DNA of 64,000 bases. It comes from Candidatus Bathyarchaeota archaeon (GTDB taxonomy: Archaea > Thermoproteota > CALKCG01 > B24 > DRYS01). The stretch lies in contig JAGTQC010000004.1 of NCBI GenBank assembly GCA_018396535.1, positions 11,418 through 75,417 of the forward strand, read 5' to 3'. The translations under genes and the position numbers were made by a program. The notes below the pieces were generated by a model that had not been told where the DNA came from, ran no database searches, and saw only the letters and a list, made by a program, of their open reading frames with translations. Every line of letters starts with the position of its first letter. Position 1 is the first letter of the stretch. Below are positions 20,101 to 29,632 of this stretch, one piece after another.

Positions 20101-21921
20101 ATGGCTCACCCCCCACATATTCATAGATACATAACCATGGAGGAGAAGGGTAGACCTAGAGAATCCACTATTAAGCTTATACAACGTCTACTATCACTGA
20201 TAGTTAGGTATAAGCTTAGATTATCCATACTACTAATCTCGGCAAGCCTTTCGATTATCCTAAACCTATACACACCCTATATAGGCCGTCTACTCATAGA
20301 TCAGGGTATAATGGCTGCTAATGTAGATAATATGATTAGGTATGGTATACTCCTCGCATCCATAGCTTTCACAGGATGGTGTGCAGGTGTTTCCAGATTT
20401 TACATGCTATCATGGATTACTCAGAAACTACTATACGATCTTAGGAAGCTCATGTTTGAGAAGTCTATGCAACTAGACTACGGATACTTCTCATCGATAG
20501 AGCCTGGGCAGATTATATCGAGGTTCACGAATGATGTCGATACCGTAGGTGAAACAGCTACATCCGGCCTCCTAGATACTCTATTCAACAGCTTCACCAT
20601 AATCGGTGCTATAATCGCTATGCTATCGATAAACTGGAAGCTCACTATAGCCGTATTCTTCATGATGCCGCTGATCATCTTCACCGTTATAACTATAGCT
20701 GAGAGGAGTAGGGCTGCGTATAGGGTGGTTAGAAGTAAGGTTGGAGAACTTACATCTAAGGTTGAGGAGAGTATATCCGGTATTAGGGAGGCTCAATCAT
20801 ATAGCGAAAGGAGACGTATAGATGTAGAATCCTTCAGCCGTATAGGCTTAGAAGTTATGCAAGCTAATATACGTGCTACTAAGGTTATCGGTCTCATGAA
20901 CCCTCTGATGAACTTGATAAGGGGTGGAGCTATAGCTATAATCATAGTCTACGGAGGATACCTCGTATCTATAGGTGAAGCTACGATCGGATCCCTAGTA
21001 GCATTCTACAGCTATCTCGAGATGTTCTTCGGTCCGATAACTATGGTAGCTTTATTCTACAATACATTTCAATCTGCTCTAGCCGCAGCTGAGAGGATAT
21101 TCGATTTCATAGATGCTAAACCATCAGTTGTAGAAGCTTCAGATGCTATCGATCTCGAGATAGAGAAGGGTGAGATAACGCTTGAAGATGTATACTTCAG
21201 CTATGATAATACCCCCGTCTTCCAGGATTTCAACCTAAGGATAAAGCCGGGGGAGATCTTAGCAGTCGTAGGACCTACAGGTGCTGGTAAGACTACCCTA
21301 GCTAACCTTATCCTAAGATTATACGATCCTCAGAAGGGTAGAATTACCGTGGATGGTGTGGATATCAGGAAGATTAAGATATCATCCCTACGTAGGCAGA
21401 CAGCTCTAGTACCTCAAGAGCCTATACTATTCGAGGATACTGTTATAGGAAATATAAGATATGGTAGGCCTGATGCATCTGATGAAGAGATAACCGAAGC
21501 TATACGGAGGCTCGGGTTAGAAGAGCTTATAGAGAGGCTTCCTGAAGGGCTATATACACGTGTAACTGAGGGTGGAGCAAACCTATCGGTCGGTCAGAGA
21601 CAGCTTATAAATATAGCTAGAGCTTTGATAAGGAATCCAAAGATAGTGGTATTAGATGAAGCTACTAGTAGCGTTGATCCATATACTGAGAGTCTAATAC
21701 AGAAAGCTTTAAAGAAGCTTCTAGAAAACAGGACGTGCATAATAATAGCTCATAGGCTATCGACCACATTCCTAGCGGATAGGGTTATAGTACTCGAGAA
21801 TGGTAGGATAGTAGAAGAGGGCTCCCATATAGATTTACTTAGGATGGGCGGGGTGTATGCTAAGCTATACGAGGCTCAGCTTGGAGAAGCAGTTAAAGCT
21901 ATAAGAATGGCTTCTGGGTGA
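20101..21921 (+). CDS. ABC exporter half-transporter (TMD+NBD), partner of 18312-20096
   Basis: GPTGAGKT, non-canonical signature LSVGQ, consensus VVLDEA and AHR. Confidence 0.92.
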   Translation: MAHPPHIHRYITMEEKGRPRESTIKLIQRLLSLIVRYKLRLSILLISASLSIILNLYTPYIGRLLIDQGIMAANVDNMIRYGILLASIAFTGWCAGVSRFYMLSWITQKLLYDLRKLMFEKSMQLDYGYFSSIEPGQIISRFTNDVDTVGETATSGLLDTLFNSFTIIGAIIAMLSINWKLTIAVFFMMPLIIFTVITIAERSRAAYRVVRSKVGELTSKVEESISGIREAQSYSERRRIDVESFSRIGLEVMQANIRATKVIGLMNPLMNLIRGGAIAIIIVYGGYLVSIGEATIGSLVAFYSYLEMFFGPITMVALFYNTFQSALAAAERIFDFIDAKPSVVEASDAIDLEIEKGEITLEDVYFSYDNTPVFQDFNLRIKPGEILAVVGPTGAGKTTLANLILRLYDPQKGRITVDGVDIRKIKISSLRRQTALVPQEPILFEDTVIGNIRYGRPDASDEEITEAIRRLGLEELIERLPEGLYTRVTEGGANLSVGQRQLINIARALIRNPKIVVLDEATSSVDPYTESLIQKALKKLLENRTCIIIAHRLSTTFLADRVIVLENGRIVEEGSHIDLLRMGGVYAKLYEAQLGEAVKAIRMASG

Positions 21922-22024
21922 CCATTCAACCTTCCCAATTATACTATCATATATACCCCCTATTTAGTTAAACAGTCTTTCAAGGATGTGTACGCTTCTC
22001 TTAAGTAAGTTACGTTAATAAACT

Positions 22025-22501
22025 ATGTCTAACATAATTCTATTGGGTATGCAGATACATTTAGATGAGGTGGATAGACGGATACTCGAAATACTCCAGT
22101 ATAATGCACGTACACCGCTTAAACGTATAGCTTCAGCTTTAAACGTAAGTGAGGGTACAGTACATATCCGTCTAAAGAGGCTTATAGCTAACGGTGTTAT
22201 AAAAGGCTTCTATACTATCCTAGATGAGGAGAAGCTAGGCTACAACGTTAAAGCTATAGTAGCTTTAAAAGCAGATCCGTCGATGTATAGCCGTATACTC
22301 GAATCTCTTAAGGATATAGACGGTATAACAGAGATATACGATGTGACAGGTGAATACTATGCTATACTAAAGGTTAAAGCTACTAGTAGAGAGGAGCTTG
22401 CAAGCATAATAGATCGTATAGGCTCTATAAAGGGTGTACAATCTACGTCGACTATGATAATATTACGTACCATAAAGGAGGATCCAACTCTCAAGATCTA
22501 G
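22025..22501 (+). CDS. Lrp/AsnC family transcriptional regulator
   Basis: LDEVDRRILEILQYNARTPL HTH and IYDVTGEY. Confidence 0.93.
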   Translation: MSNIILLGMQIHLDEVDRRILEILQYNARTPLKRIASALNVSEGTVHIRLKRLIANGVIKGFYTILDEEKLGYNVKAIVALKADPSMYSRILESLKDIDGITEIYDVTGEYYAILKVKATSREELASIIDRIGSIKGVQSTSTMIILRTIKEDPTLKI

Positions 22502-24053
22502 TACTCCTAGTACGTGGAGGATTCGGTAGCCTACCTATCTTCCTCCTAACCTCCTTAGGCCATTTATCGTAGTCGAATCCATGTTGAGCTAGGAAAGCTG
22601 TAACCCATCTTGTTAAACCGAATCCAGCACATCCAGTCCAAACCTCCCTATCCTTAACCTCATGTATGTTGAAGCTTCTAACATACTTATCCTTAGCGCA
22701 CGTATACGCCCCTATCTCTAACCACTCACTCTCACTCCGGCTACCCCTATAGGGAAGCCACGCTTCTAGATCGACTGTCGGATAGCCCTCAGGACTAGAT
22801 ATATCCACATAGGTTCTACCTGCCTCCTCGCTACTCATATAGAACGGTGCGCCTACCACCATTCTCACCTCAAGCTCTAATAGTTTATCTGCAAGCTTAT
22901 AGGATTCCTCAGCAACCCTATCCCTAAGCTCTACAGCATCGCTTCTAGATGTAAGCCAGACTGCCTCAAGTCTATAGAACTCTATGGTACGCTCCAACCC
23001 TCTAACACCCTTACCCTCCCACCTCCACGTCCATCCACTCTGATCGTAAACCTTAACTGGTAGATCCTCATCTACATCGATATACTCGCCTGAGAAGAAC
23101 TGGTAGAACGGCGTACACTGTGCAGGTTCTAAGACGTATAGAGGCCCTTCAAGCTCCCTCCTCAGAGATTCTACATCTACCTCCCTTCTAGTGATGAAAT
23201 TCCTCTTGAAATCTGCTAAGGCATCTTCACGTCTAGGTGGAACCATACAGTATATCATACCTTCAGCTAGATGATCTAGGTATCCAGGCATTCTAGCTAT
23301 AACAGAGAGAGGTGTGAGTTTAGGTAGCATCCACTCCTCGAAGCCTAGAGGGTTCAGTACACCATCTACTATCATAGATTTTATAGCGTTTAGTAGACTG
23401 GTTATCGGAGCTGTAAGTATCCATTGACCCCTACCTGGATAGCGTTTAGCCCATCCAAGCTTAACTATAAACTCGGCTACATCCCCCTCAAACTCGATTT
23501 CCTTCTCTCCAGTATACTTTAACGTATATCCTAACGGTACGAGGTTAGCTTCTACAAGCTCAGCGGGTTTAGACTTCACCTCAGATAACGCTATGCTAAC
23601 TATTCTATCGATAACCCTATTCTCTAGATCTCTCTCATCGATATTATGGAATTCGATCACGGAATATCCATCCATATTACGGATGGTAGCCATCCCTCCA
23701 GCCATCGATACTACACTACTATAGTCAGCTTTCGGTAGACCTTCGATCAAGTATTTATCGATTATTAACCCTCTAATACCTATCTTATGTTCCCTACCCA
23801 GCTTCTCCGATAGATACCTCCTAATCCTAAGGAGAGCATCATGAGCTCTTACATAACGATCAGATACTATACGTAGCTTAAGATACTGTCCATCTATACT
23901 CCACCACTCTATCCTCGCCCCCTCAGCTTTAGCAGGCGCCCCCCTCCTAAGGAGAGGCTTAACTTCATCCAGATACTCAGATAGCTTAGTAGCTATATCC
24001 TCTAAGCTACGGCTAGCCTTGATGCTAGCCTCAAGTTTAAACAAGATATTCAT
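22491..24053 (-). CDS. serS: Serine-tRNA ligase, type 2 (methanogen-type, zinc-dependent)
   Basis: 520 aa with N-terminal RYVRAHDALLRIR..GIRG, GRGQW, PAQCTPFY, WRWEG..GLERT.EF.R.E and WTGCAGFGLTRW. Confidence 0.93.
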   Translation of the reverse strand: MNILFKLEASIKASRSLEDIATKLSEYLDEVKPLLRRGAPAKAEGARIEWWSIDGQYLKLRIVSDRYVRAHDALLRIRRYLSEKLGREHKIGIRGLIIDKYLIEGLPKADYSSVVSMAGGMATIRNMDGYSVIEFHNIDERDLENRVIDRIVSIALSEVKSKPAELVEANLVPLGYTLKYTGEKEIEFEGDVAEFIVKLGWAKRYPGRGQWILTAPITSLLNAIKSMIVDGVLNPLGFEEWMLPKLTPLSVIARMPGYLDHLAEGMIYCMVPPRREDALADFKRNFITRREVDVESLRRELEGPLYVLEPAQCTPFYQFFSGEYIDVDEDLPVKVYDQSGWTWRWEGKGVRGLERTIEFYRLEAVWLTSRSDAVELRDRVAEESYKLADKLLELEVRMVVGAPFYMSSEEAGRTYVDISSPEGYPTVDLEAWLPYRGSRSESEWLEIGAYTCAKDKYVRSFNIHEVKDREVWTGCAGFGLTRWVTAFLAQHGFDYDKWPKEVRRKIGRLPNPPRTRSTRS

Positions 24054-24144
24054 AGCAGAGCGGCTCCCTACAGATAGCTAAGGCTAAAAAGGTTTAAACG
24101 GGATATATATGTGTATAGTTAGGCTAAACTATTAACCTAACTTA

Positions 24145-24693
24145 CTATAGCTGTTTAACATATACATTGTATGCATCCAGTATAAGTTTAGCTACTATAG
24201 CTGCATCCAATCCTGTCGTATTCAGTACAAGGTGATAGAGGCATGGATCAAGCCAATTCAACCTATAGAATCTTCTAACGAGAGCTTCACGTTCATCATC
24301 ACTAACTTCTATCTCCCTCATAGCTTCAGCTAGGCTTACACCCCTAACCTTAGATATATGCTCAGCTCTAGCCCTCTTATCTGCTACCAATAATACCTTC
24401 AGGAAATTCCTTCTAGGTATAAGAAAGAATGCAGCCCTACCCTCTACTATAACCTTACTCTCAGCGTTAACAACCTCGTATGTATAACTTTCAAGTATCC
24501 TATCAAGGTTTATCTCACCAGACCTTATATGCTCCTGAAAGCCTGCGAAGCTCTCCCCTCTCTCGATTACAAGCTTCTTAATTATACTCTCACTATTATA
24601 GACCTTAGCCCCCGTCTCGTTAGATATAGCTTCAGCTACCTCTGTACATCCAGCTCCAAGCTGTCCGGCTAAAGCTATCTTAAGAGTGGACAT
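24145..24693 (-). CDS. Cytidylate kinase-like protein with an atypical P-loop
   Basis: GQLGAGCT at the P-loop position, VIVEGR, SDDER...RFY and YHLVLNT. Confidence 0.75.
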   Translation of the reverse strand: MSTLKIALAGQLGAGCTEVAEAISNETGAKVYNSESIIKKLVIERGESFAGFQEHIRSGEINLDRILESYTYEVVNAESKVIVEGRAAFFLIPRRNFLKVLLVADKRARAEHISKVRGVSLAEAMREIEVSDDEREALVRRFYRLNWLDPCLYHLVLNTTGLDAAIVAKLILDAYNVYVKQL

Positions 24694-24733
24694 CGTAAAT
24701 TATTTAGTTGAGACGAAATTTAAGTTTTAGCTT

Positions 24734-25513
24734 TTGATAGAAATTTCTGATATGCATAGCGATGTAAGAGTCGTGCAGATTATAGGTGTTAAACTTCCTG
24801 AGATAAGATTCGGTGATGATATAGGCTGTCTAATAGTCGATGCATGTAGGAAGCAGAGTGTTAAACTCGAGGATGGTGATATAGTAGTCGTAACTCATAA
24901 GATAGTATCTAAAGCTGAAGGCTATCTATACAGGCTTAGCGATATCCATCCATCGATATTCGCTGAGAGGATTAGCTTAGAACTTGGGAAGGATCCTAGA
25001 CACGTAGAGTTGATTCTCAGACAGGCTAGACGTATAGTTAAGATGAGAGGTCCACATATAATAACCGAGACTATACATGGATTCGTATGCGCTAACAGCG
25101 CCGTAGATCTATCCAATGTATCAGGTGGGGATACAGCCGTAACTCTACCTGAAAACCCAGATTCATCCGCTATGAGGATAGGTTTAAGGATAAGAGAGCT
25201 TACAGGTGTAGACGTGGCTGTTATTATAAGTGATACATTCGGTAGAGCTTGGCGTAGAGGTCTCACAGATGTAGCAGTAGGTGTATGGAATATGAAGCCT
25301 CTACTAGACTATAGGGGTTTAAGAGATCCGTATGGTTATGAGCTTAGAGCAACAGTTGTAGCTGTAGCAGATGAGGTAGCATCAGCTGCAGAACTCGTAA
25401 TGGGTAAGACCGAGGGTATACCCGTAGCTATAGTTAAAGGTGTTAGATACGAGAAGGGTGAGGGATCGTTTAGAGATCTTGTAAGACCATTAGAGGAGGA
25501 TCTATTTAGGTAG
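24734..25513 (+). CDS. cofE: Coenzyme F420-0:L-glutamate ligase
   Basis: THKIVSKAEG, ANSAVDLSN, LPENPD.SA, IISDTFGRAWRRG, DPYG..L and ADEVASAAELVMG. Confidence 0.93.
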   Translation: MIEISDMHSDVRVVQIIGVKLPEIRFGDDIGCLIVDACRKQSVKLEDGDIVVVTHKIVSKAEGYLYRLSDIHPSIFAERISLELGKDPRHVELILRQARRIVKMRGPHIITETIHGFVCANSAVDLSNVSGGDTAVTLPENPDSSAMRIGLRIRELTGVDVAVIISDTFGRAWRRGLTDVAVGVWNMKPLLDYRGLRDPYGYELRATVVAVADEVASAAELVMGKTEGIPVAIVKGVRYEKGEGSFRDLVRPLEEDLFR

Positions 25514-26020
25514 ATTAACCTCTTCAAGCTCCTCTATCCTACGTATAAACCTCCTAGTAGTAGGTCCTGGAAGCTGTACGCTAATCTTTCTATCCTTTAA
25601 AACTATCATAGGATCCACCATTATAACCTCATACCACTCATACATCCCATCCTCGTATACGTAGTAGCATCCTATAGGTTTAAGATTCGGATACTTCCTC
25701 TGCGCTCTATACACCGCTATCTCCTCCTTAGATATCTCCCGCTTAATCTTCTTAACACCTAGCGCTTTAGGTCTCCTACCAGATCTAGGTCTAGGCTTCT
25801 CTCCTGAACCCTTACGTACACGAACCCTAACTACGATAAACCCCCTCTTAGCTTTATAACCAAGCTTCCTAGCCGTATGTAGTTTAGTCGGTTTATCAAC
25901 TCTAACTACAGCTGGCTGGCTCCTCCACTCTATCATACGGCTACGCATAATATCCTTTATAGGCTCATGGAATGATCTACGCCATAGCTCAGATAACGCT
26001 TTATACATCGTCAACGTCAT
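25502..26020 (-). CDS. rpl15e: 50S ribosomal protein L15e (short C-terminus)
   Basis: R...WR..P.VVRV.KPT...AR.LGYKAK.G, RPRSGRRPK and YEVIMVDP. Confidence 0.95.
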   Translation of the reverse strand: MTLTMYKALSELWRRSFHEPIKDIMRSRMIEWRSQPAVVRVDKPTKLHTARKLGYKAKRGFIVVRVRVRKGSGEKPRPRSGRRPKALGVKKIKREISKEEIAVYRAQRKYPNLKPIGCYYVYEDGMYEWYEVIMVDPMIVLKDRKISVQLPGPTTRRFIRRIEELEEVNLPK

Positions 26021-26102
26021 ATCCCGATCCTACTTCTTGAAAGAGGGATAGAACAGGTTTAGATAAATATTTCTCAGTTAGTAGAATCTCATCTTCTCAA
26101 GC

Positions 26103-28238
26103 CTATTTTGAAAACTTTGTTACACCCTTCGCTACCCTAACTTCATTGAATATTCCATCCCTATAGTATAGTAGGGTTCCAGGCGCCTCGCTCTCTATGA
26201 AGATCTCTCCATCAGCTTCGATCATTCTGATAGGATATGGTGGAAGCATATACTCCTTCAAACCTACGATAGCCGATTCGTTACGTATAGGTGTAAACAC
26301 CATTATCTCAGTCTCAAGCTCTCTGAGAGATACGTTAACCCCGCTTCCAGGCTTAACTACGCTATAACTTTCATCGAACACCCTATAGCATAGATATTCC
26401 CCATCATCCACCTTGAACGGTAGTATATCTAGCTTCACATAATCGTTTAGAGTAGAACCCTCCTTATACACGTTGAATAACGCTATAGCTGCATATCCTC
26501 TAACAGTCGATGCTATCTTCAATATTATAGGCTCGTTATACGGGTCTCTTAGTAGTATATCACGAGTAGGTAATCCAGGTTTATCAACTCTAACAATCCT
26601 ACCATCTGGTAGGATAATCCTCCTAAGTAAATCTACATCCGTTTTCTCAGGATGCCTATCCGTTATGTATACCGGTCCACCGCTGAATATTCTAGCTACG
26701 AGATGCATCTTCGCATATGGATCATACGATATGAACATATCGTAATCTGGGTAGGCTATATTACTAAAGAATAGAGCGTTGTATACGCTGAATAGTGTAT
26801 GTAGCTTAGCATCAGCCTTCCAGAATGGTATATAATCTATCGATACCCTCATAGCGTTGCTAAATAGGAAGTAGCTGTAATCCTCTGGAGCCATACACAT
26901 ACAATTCAATATATCTAGATCGTTAGCGTATGCAGATATCTGCATAGCTAGCTGTATATTCCTAGAAGCTACACCGACAGGATAATCACCTAGATATAAG
27001 CTATGGATAATCCATTGATTATCTATTTTAACGAAATCGAATCCAGATTCCTTAACCCAGGAGAAGAACCGATTATAGAATTCGTAAGCTCCATCCATAC
27101 TAGCTGGTGGGACATAGCTATCTGTAAACCTCGATCTATACCCGTCGATACATAGCTCTCTGATAACCTCCTCCTCAACCCCTCCCCAATGGATGTTTAT
27201 AGTATGCCATAAACCTACAAGCTCTACACCTAACTTCTTCAGATCCGTAGTAAGACTCTTCAACCCTCTCGGGAATCTATCGTTAGCTGAAAGCCTTCTT
27301 AACACTCTACGAGGCCACTTATCCCTAGATACTTCATCCTGCCATCCATCATCTATTATAACCCAACTGATAGGTATACCCCTAGCCTTTAAGCCTTCGA
27401 CGATCCTAATCACGTTCTCATGCGATAGATCATCCGTTAGTAGAGCATTCCATGAGCACCATCCTAATTTATCCATGAATATAGGTATCCTCTTTCTATC
27501 CCTACACTTAAACACAGATGAAGATGCCGCTATCTCTACACATCTATCTACAGCTCTATATGGATCGCTATCTAGAGCGATAGATGCAAACCAGCTTAGA
27601 TCTATCCTTCCAGTCTCTATTCCAGATAGAATCTTAAAAGTTAGATACGGCTCTATATACGAGGTTACATAACCGTTCGTAATCGTAGCGATAGCTAGGT
27701 ATGTATCACCATACGATGCTAATGTGAAGATTGTATAGTATGGAATAGCTTCGAGCCTCTCTACCACTATAGGATATGTCCAGCATGGAGCCCCTCTCAC
27801 ATACTCTTCGTGAGATATATAACTTAGATCATACGGATATACAGGATCATCTGGAGGCTTAGCACCTTTAGGCTCTCTATCCGTAGCAACAGGGTTATAG
27901 TATCTAAAGGCATCCGAGTAGAATCCAGCCGCACCCCTATGGGTGGTTAAAGCTAATATCCTCCTAGGACTACCTGCTTCAACCTCTATATCGATTGGGT
28001 ATAGAGCATTAAGCATCCTAGGAGAGTTTATAGATAAACCTAAACCTATACCTCCATTAAACCTAGCTACATGAATGTTAGCATATGAATCTATACACCT
28101 ATACCTGTATACCCTATAATCATCTCTCCTCCACTCTACCCCTTCAAGACTACCACTCGCTCCCGCTCCATCACTAAAGTTAAGCTTCACTGATTTAATA
28201 TCCACACGTACATCCTTCGAGTCTATGACTACGACCAT
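26103..28238 (-). CDS. Sip1/raffinose synthase-related alpha-galactosidase (GH36)
   Basis: LGWCSWNA, IIDDGWQ, GLWH, FVKIDNQ, LNCM, RVSIDY, PDYDMF and SGGPVYITD. Confidence 0.9.
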   Translation of the reverse strand: MVVVIDSKDVRVDIKSVKLNFSDGAGASGSLEGVEWRRDDYRVYRYRCIDSYANIHVARFNGGIGLGLSINSPRMLNALYPIDIEVEAGSPRRILALTTHRGAAGFYSDAFRYYNPVATDREPKGAKPPDDPVYPYDLSYISHEEYVRGAPCWTYPIVVERLEAIPYYTIFTLASYGDTYLAIATITNGYVTSYIEPYLTFKILSGIETGRIDLSWFASIALDSDPYRAVDRCVEIAASSSVFKCRDRKRIPIFMDKLGWCSWNALLTDDLSHENVIRIVEGLKARGIPISWVIIDDGWQDEVSRDKWPRRVLRRLSANDRFPRGLKSLTTDLKKLGVELVGLWHTINIHWGGVEEEVIRELCIDGYRSRFTDSYVPPASMDGAYEFYNRFFSWVKESGFDFVKIDNQWIIHSLYLGDYPVGVASRNIQLAMQISAYANDLDILNCMCMAPEDYSYFLFSNAMRVSIDYIPFWKADAKLHTLFSVYNALFFSNIAYPDYDMFISYDPYAKMHLVARIFSGGPVYITDRHPEKTDVDLLRRIILPDGRIVRVDKPGLPTRDILLRDPYNEPIILKIASTVRGYAAIALFNVYKEGSTLNDYVKLDILPFKVDDGEYLCYRVFDESYSVVKPGSGVNVSLRELETEIMVFTPIRNESAIVGLKEYMLPPYPIRMIEADGEIFIESEAPGTLLYYRDGIFNEVRVAKGVTKFSK

Positions 28239-28298
28239 GAAGCCCCGCCCCCATAGTCGGTGTACTCTAACCTAGGATATATAGATTACCATCATCTA

Positions 28299-28727
28299 TC
28301 AAGCATATACTCTGATTATAACTAGTACTCTAGTATCCTCCCGTCTAAGTATATCCACAACTTCTCTAGGTATATCGATCGCAGCTTTATCCGCTCTTAT
28401 CATTAATGTACGACTACAGGTATAGCTACTCTTCCTGCAAACTATATCTCTAGGATGATCGGCTATAAGCTTCCCCGAGCCATACCCTTTCACTTCGAAG
28501 ATATAGCCATCTATATCTAGAGTGAGTGTTACGATAGATCCATTCCTACATATCCATGATCTGATATCCTCATGCAGATCCCTTAAGGCTTTCTCAGCTC
28601 TAACCGCTACTATACAATCGCCTCTAGGTGTAACGTAATCATCCTTAGTTACCATTAGCGTCGATCTATGCCTAGCCATTATATTAGGGTGACCCCAGGC
28701 ATAGAAATAGTCCTCGTATACTACCAC
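28299..28727 (-). CDS. DUF371 family protein
   Basis: GHPNI.A.H.ST...TKD...T..GDCI, RKS.Y...RTL.I.ADKAA.D. Confidence 0.9.
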   Translation of the reverse strand: MVVYEDYFYAWGHPNIMARHRSTLMVTKDDYVTPRGDCIVAVRAEKALRDLHEDIRSWICRNGSIVTLTLDIDGYIFEVKGYGSGKLIADHPRDIVCRKSSYTCSRTLMIRADKAAIDIPREVVDILRREDTRVLVIIRVYA

Positions 28728-29395
28728 CCATAATCCCCTCTTAAAGGTACGAAGATCACATCTAGTAGGCTTCTCCTCTCGATTCTCCCATCCATCTTCT
28801 TCTCGACTTTAACCAATACCTGCGTCGAGTATGGTCTACCTATAGGTATCAGTAGTATCCCTCCAGGTTTAAGCTGGTCTATCAGAGGTTGAGGTATATC
28901 TGGTGCAGCAGCTGTTACGAGTATGCGATCGTAGGGGGCGTACTCGGCTAGACCTTTAGATCCATCCCCATGTATAACCGTAACCCTATCCCCGTATCCA
29001 GCTTTCTCTACGTTACGTCTAGCGTAATTCGCCAAATCCTCTATTATCTCTATAGTCCATACATGCCCCCATAGATTCCTTTCCGTATCGCTAGGTGCGA
29101 CTATCTCAGCTATAGTACATGCATGATAACCGGATCCAGCCCCAACCTCTAGAACCTTATACCCGATTTTCAACTCAAGCTCTTCATTCATCAAGCAGAC
29201 CATATGCGGTGCGGATATAGTCTGACCAGAACCTATCGGTAGGGGTGTATCTAGGTATGCATACATCCTTAGATGCTCAGGTAGGAATAACTCCCTAGGA
29301 ACCTTGCGGAAAGCCTCTTCTACAGGCTTAGATCTAATAGCGCCTAAAGCCTTAAGTTCATGTATAAGTCTCTCCTTCTCTCTAGCTAAACTCAA
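28721..29395 (-). CDS. pcm: Protein-L-isoaspartate O-methyltransferase
   Basis: AY.D.PLPIG.GQTISAPHMV, VLEVGAGSGY, APYDRILVTAA and FVPL. Confidence 0.96.
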   Translation of the reverse strand: MSLAREKERLIHELKALGAIRSKPVEEAFRKVPRELFLPEHLRMYAYLDTPLPIGSGQTISAPHMVCLMNEELELKIGYKVLEVGAGSGYHACTIAEIVAPSDTERNLWGHVWTIEIIEDLANYARRNVEKAGYGDRVTVIHGDGSKGLAEYAPYDRILVTAAAPDIPQPLIDQLKPGGILLIPIGRPYSTQVLVKVEKKMDGRIERRSLLDVIFVPLRGDYGW

Positions 29396-29632
29396 CCTCT
29401 ACCACCATGAACCGAGTATGCGTCATTCTCTACCACGTCTCGACGAATATCCTACATTTAAGGTTAAAGATATACCTTGATACCATATACGATACGAGCG
29501 GTTACATAGGCTATAACCATAATCTAGCCGTCTATGCTTGTATATGTAAGATTTAACAGGGTGCATAATATAGGCTAGCATCGTTCTAAACGATTTATCT
29601 AATCGTTATCTACCTTATCTTTTGAGTATACC

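Noticed and set aside
29423-29566. 47-codon minus-strand ORF upstream of pcm
   Set aside because: No recognisable motif, and it lies in a divergent promoter region.
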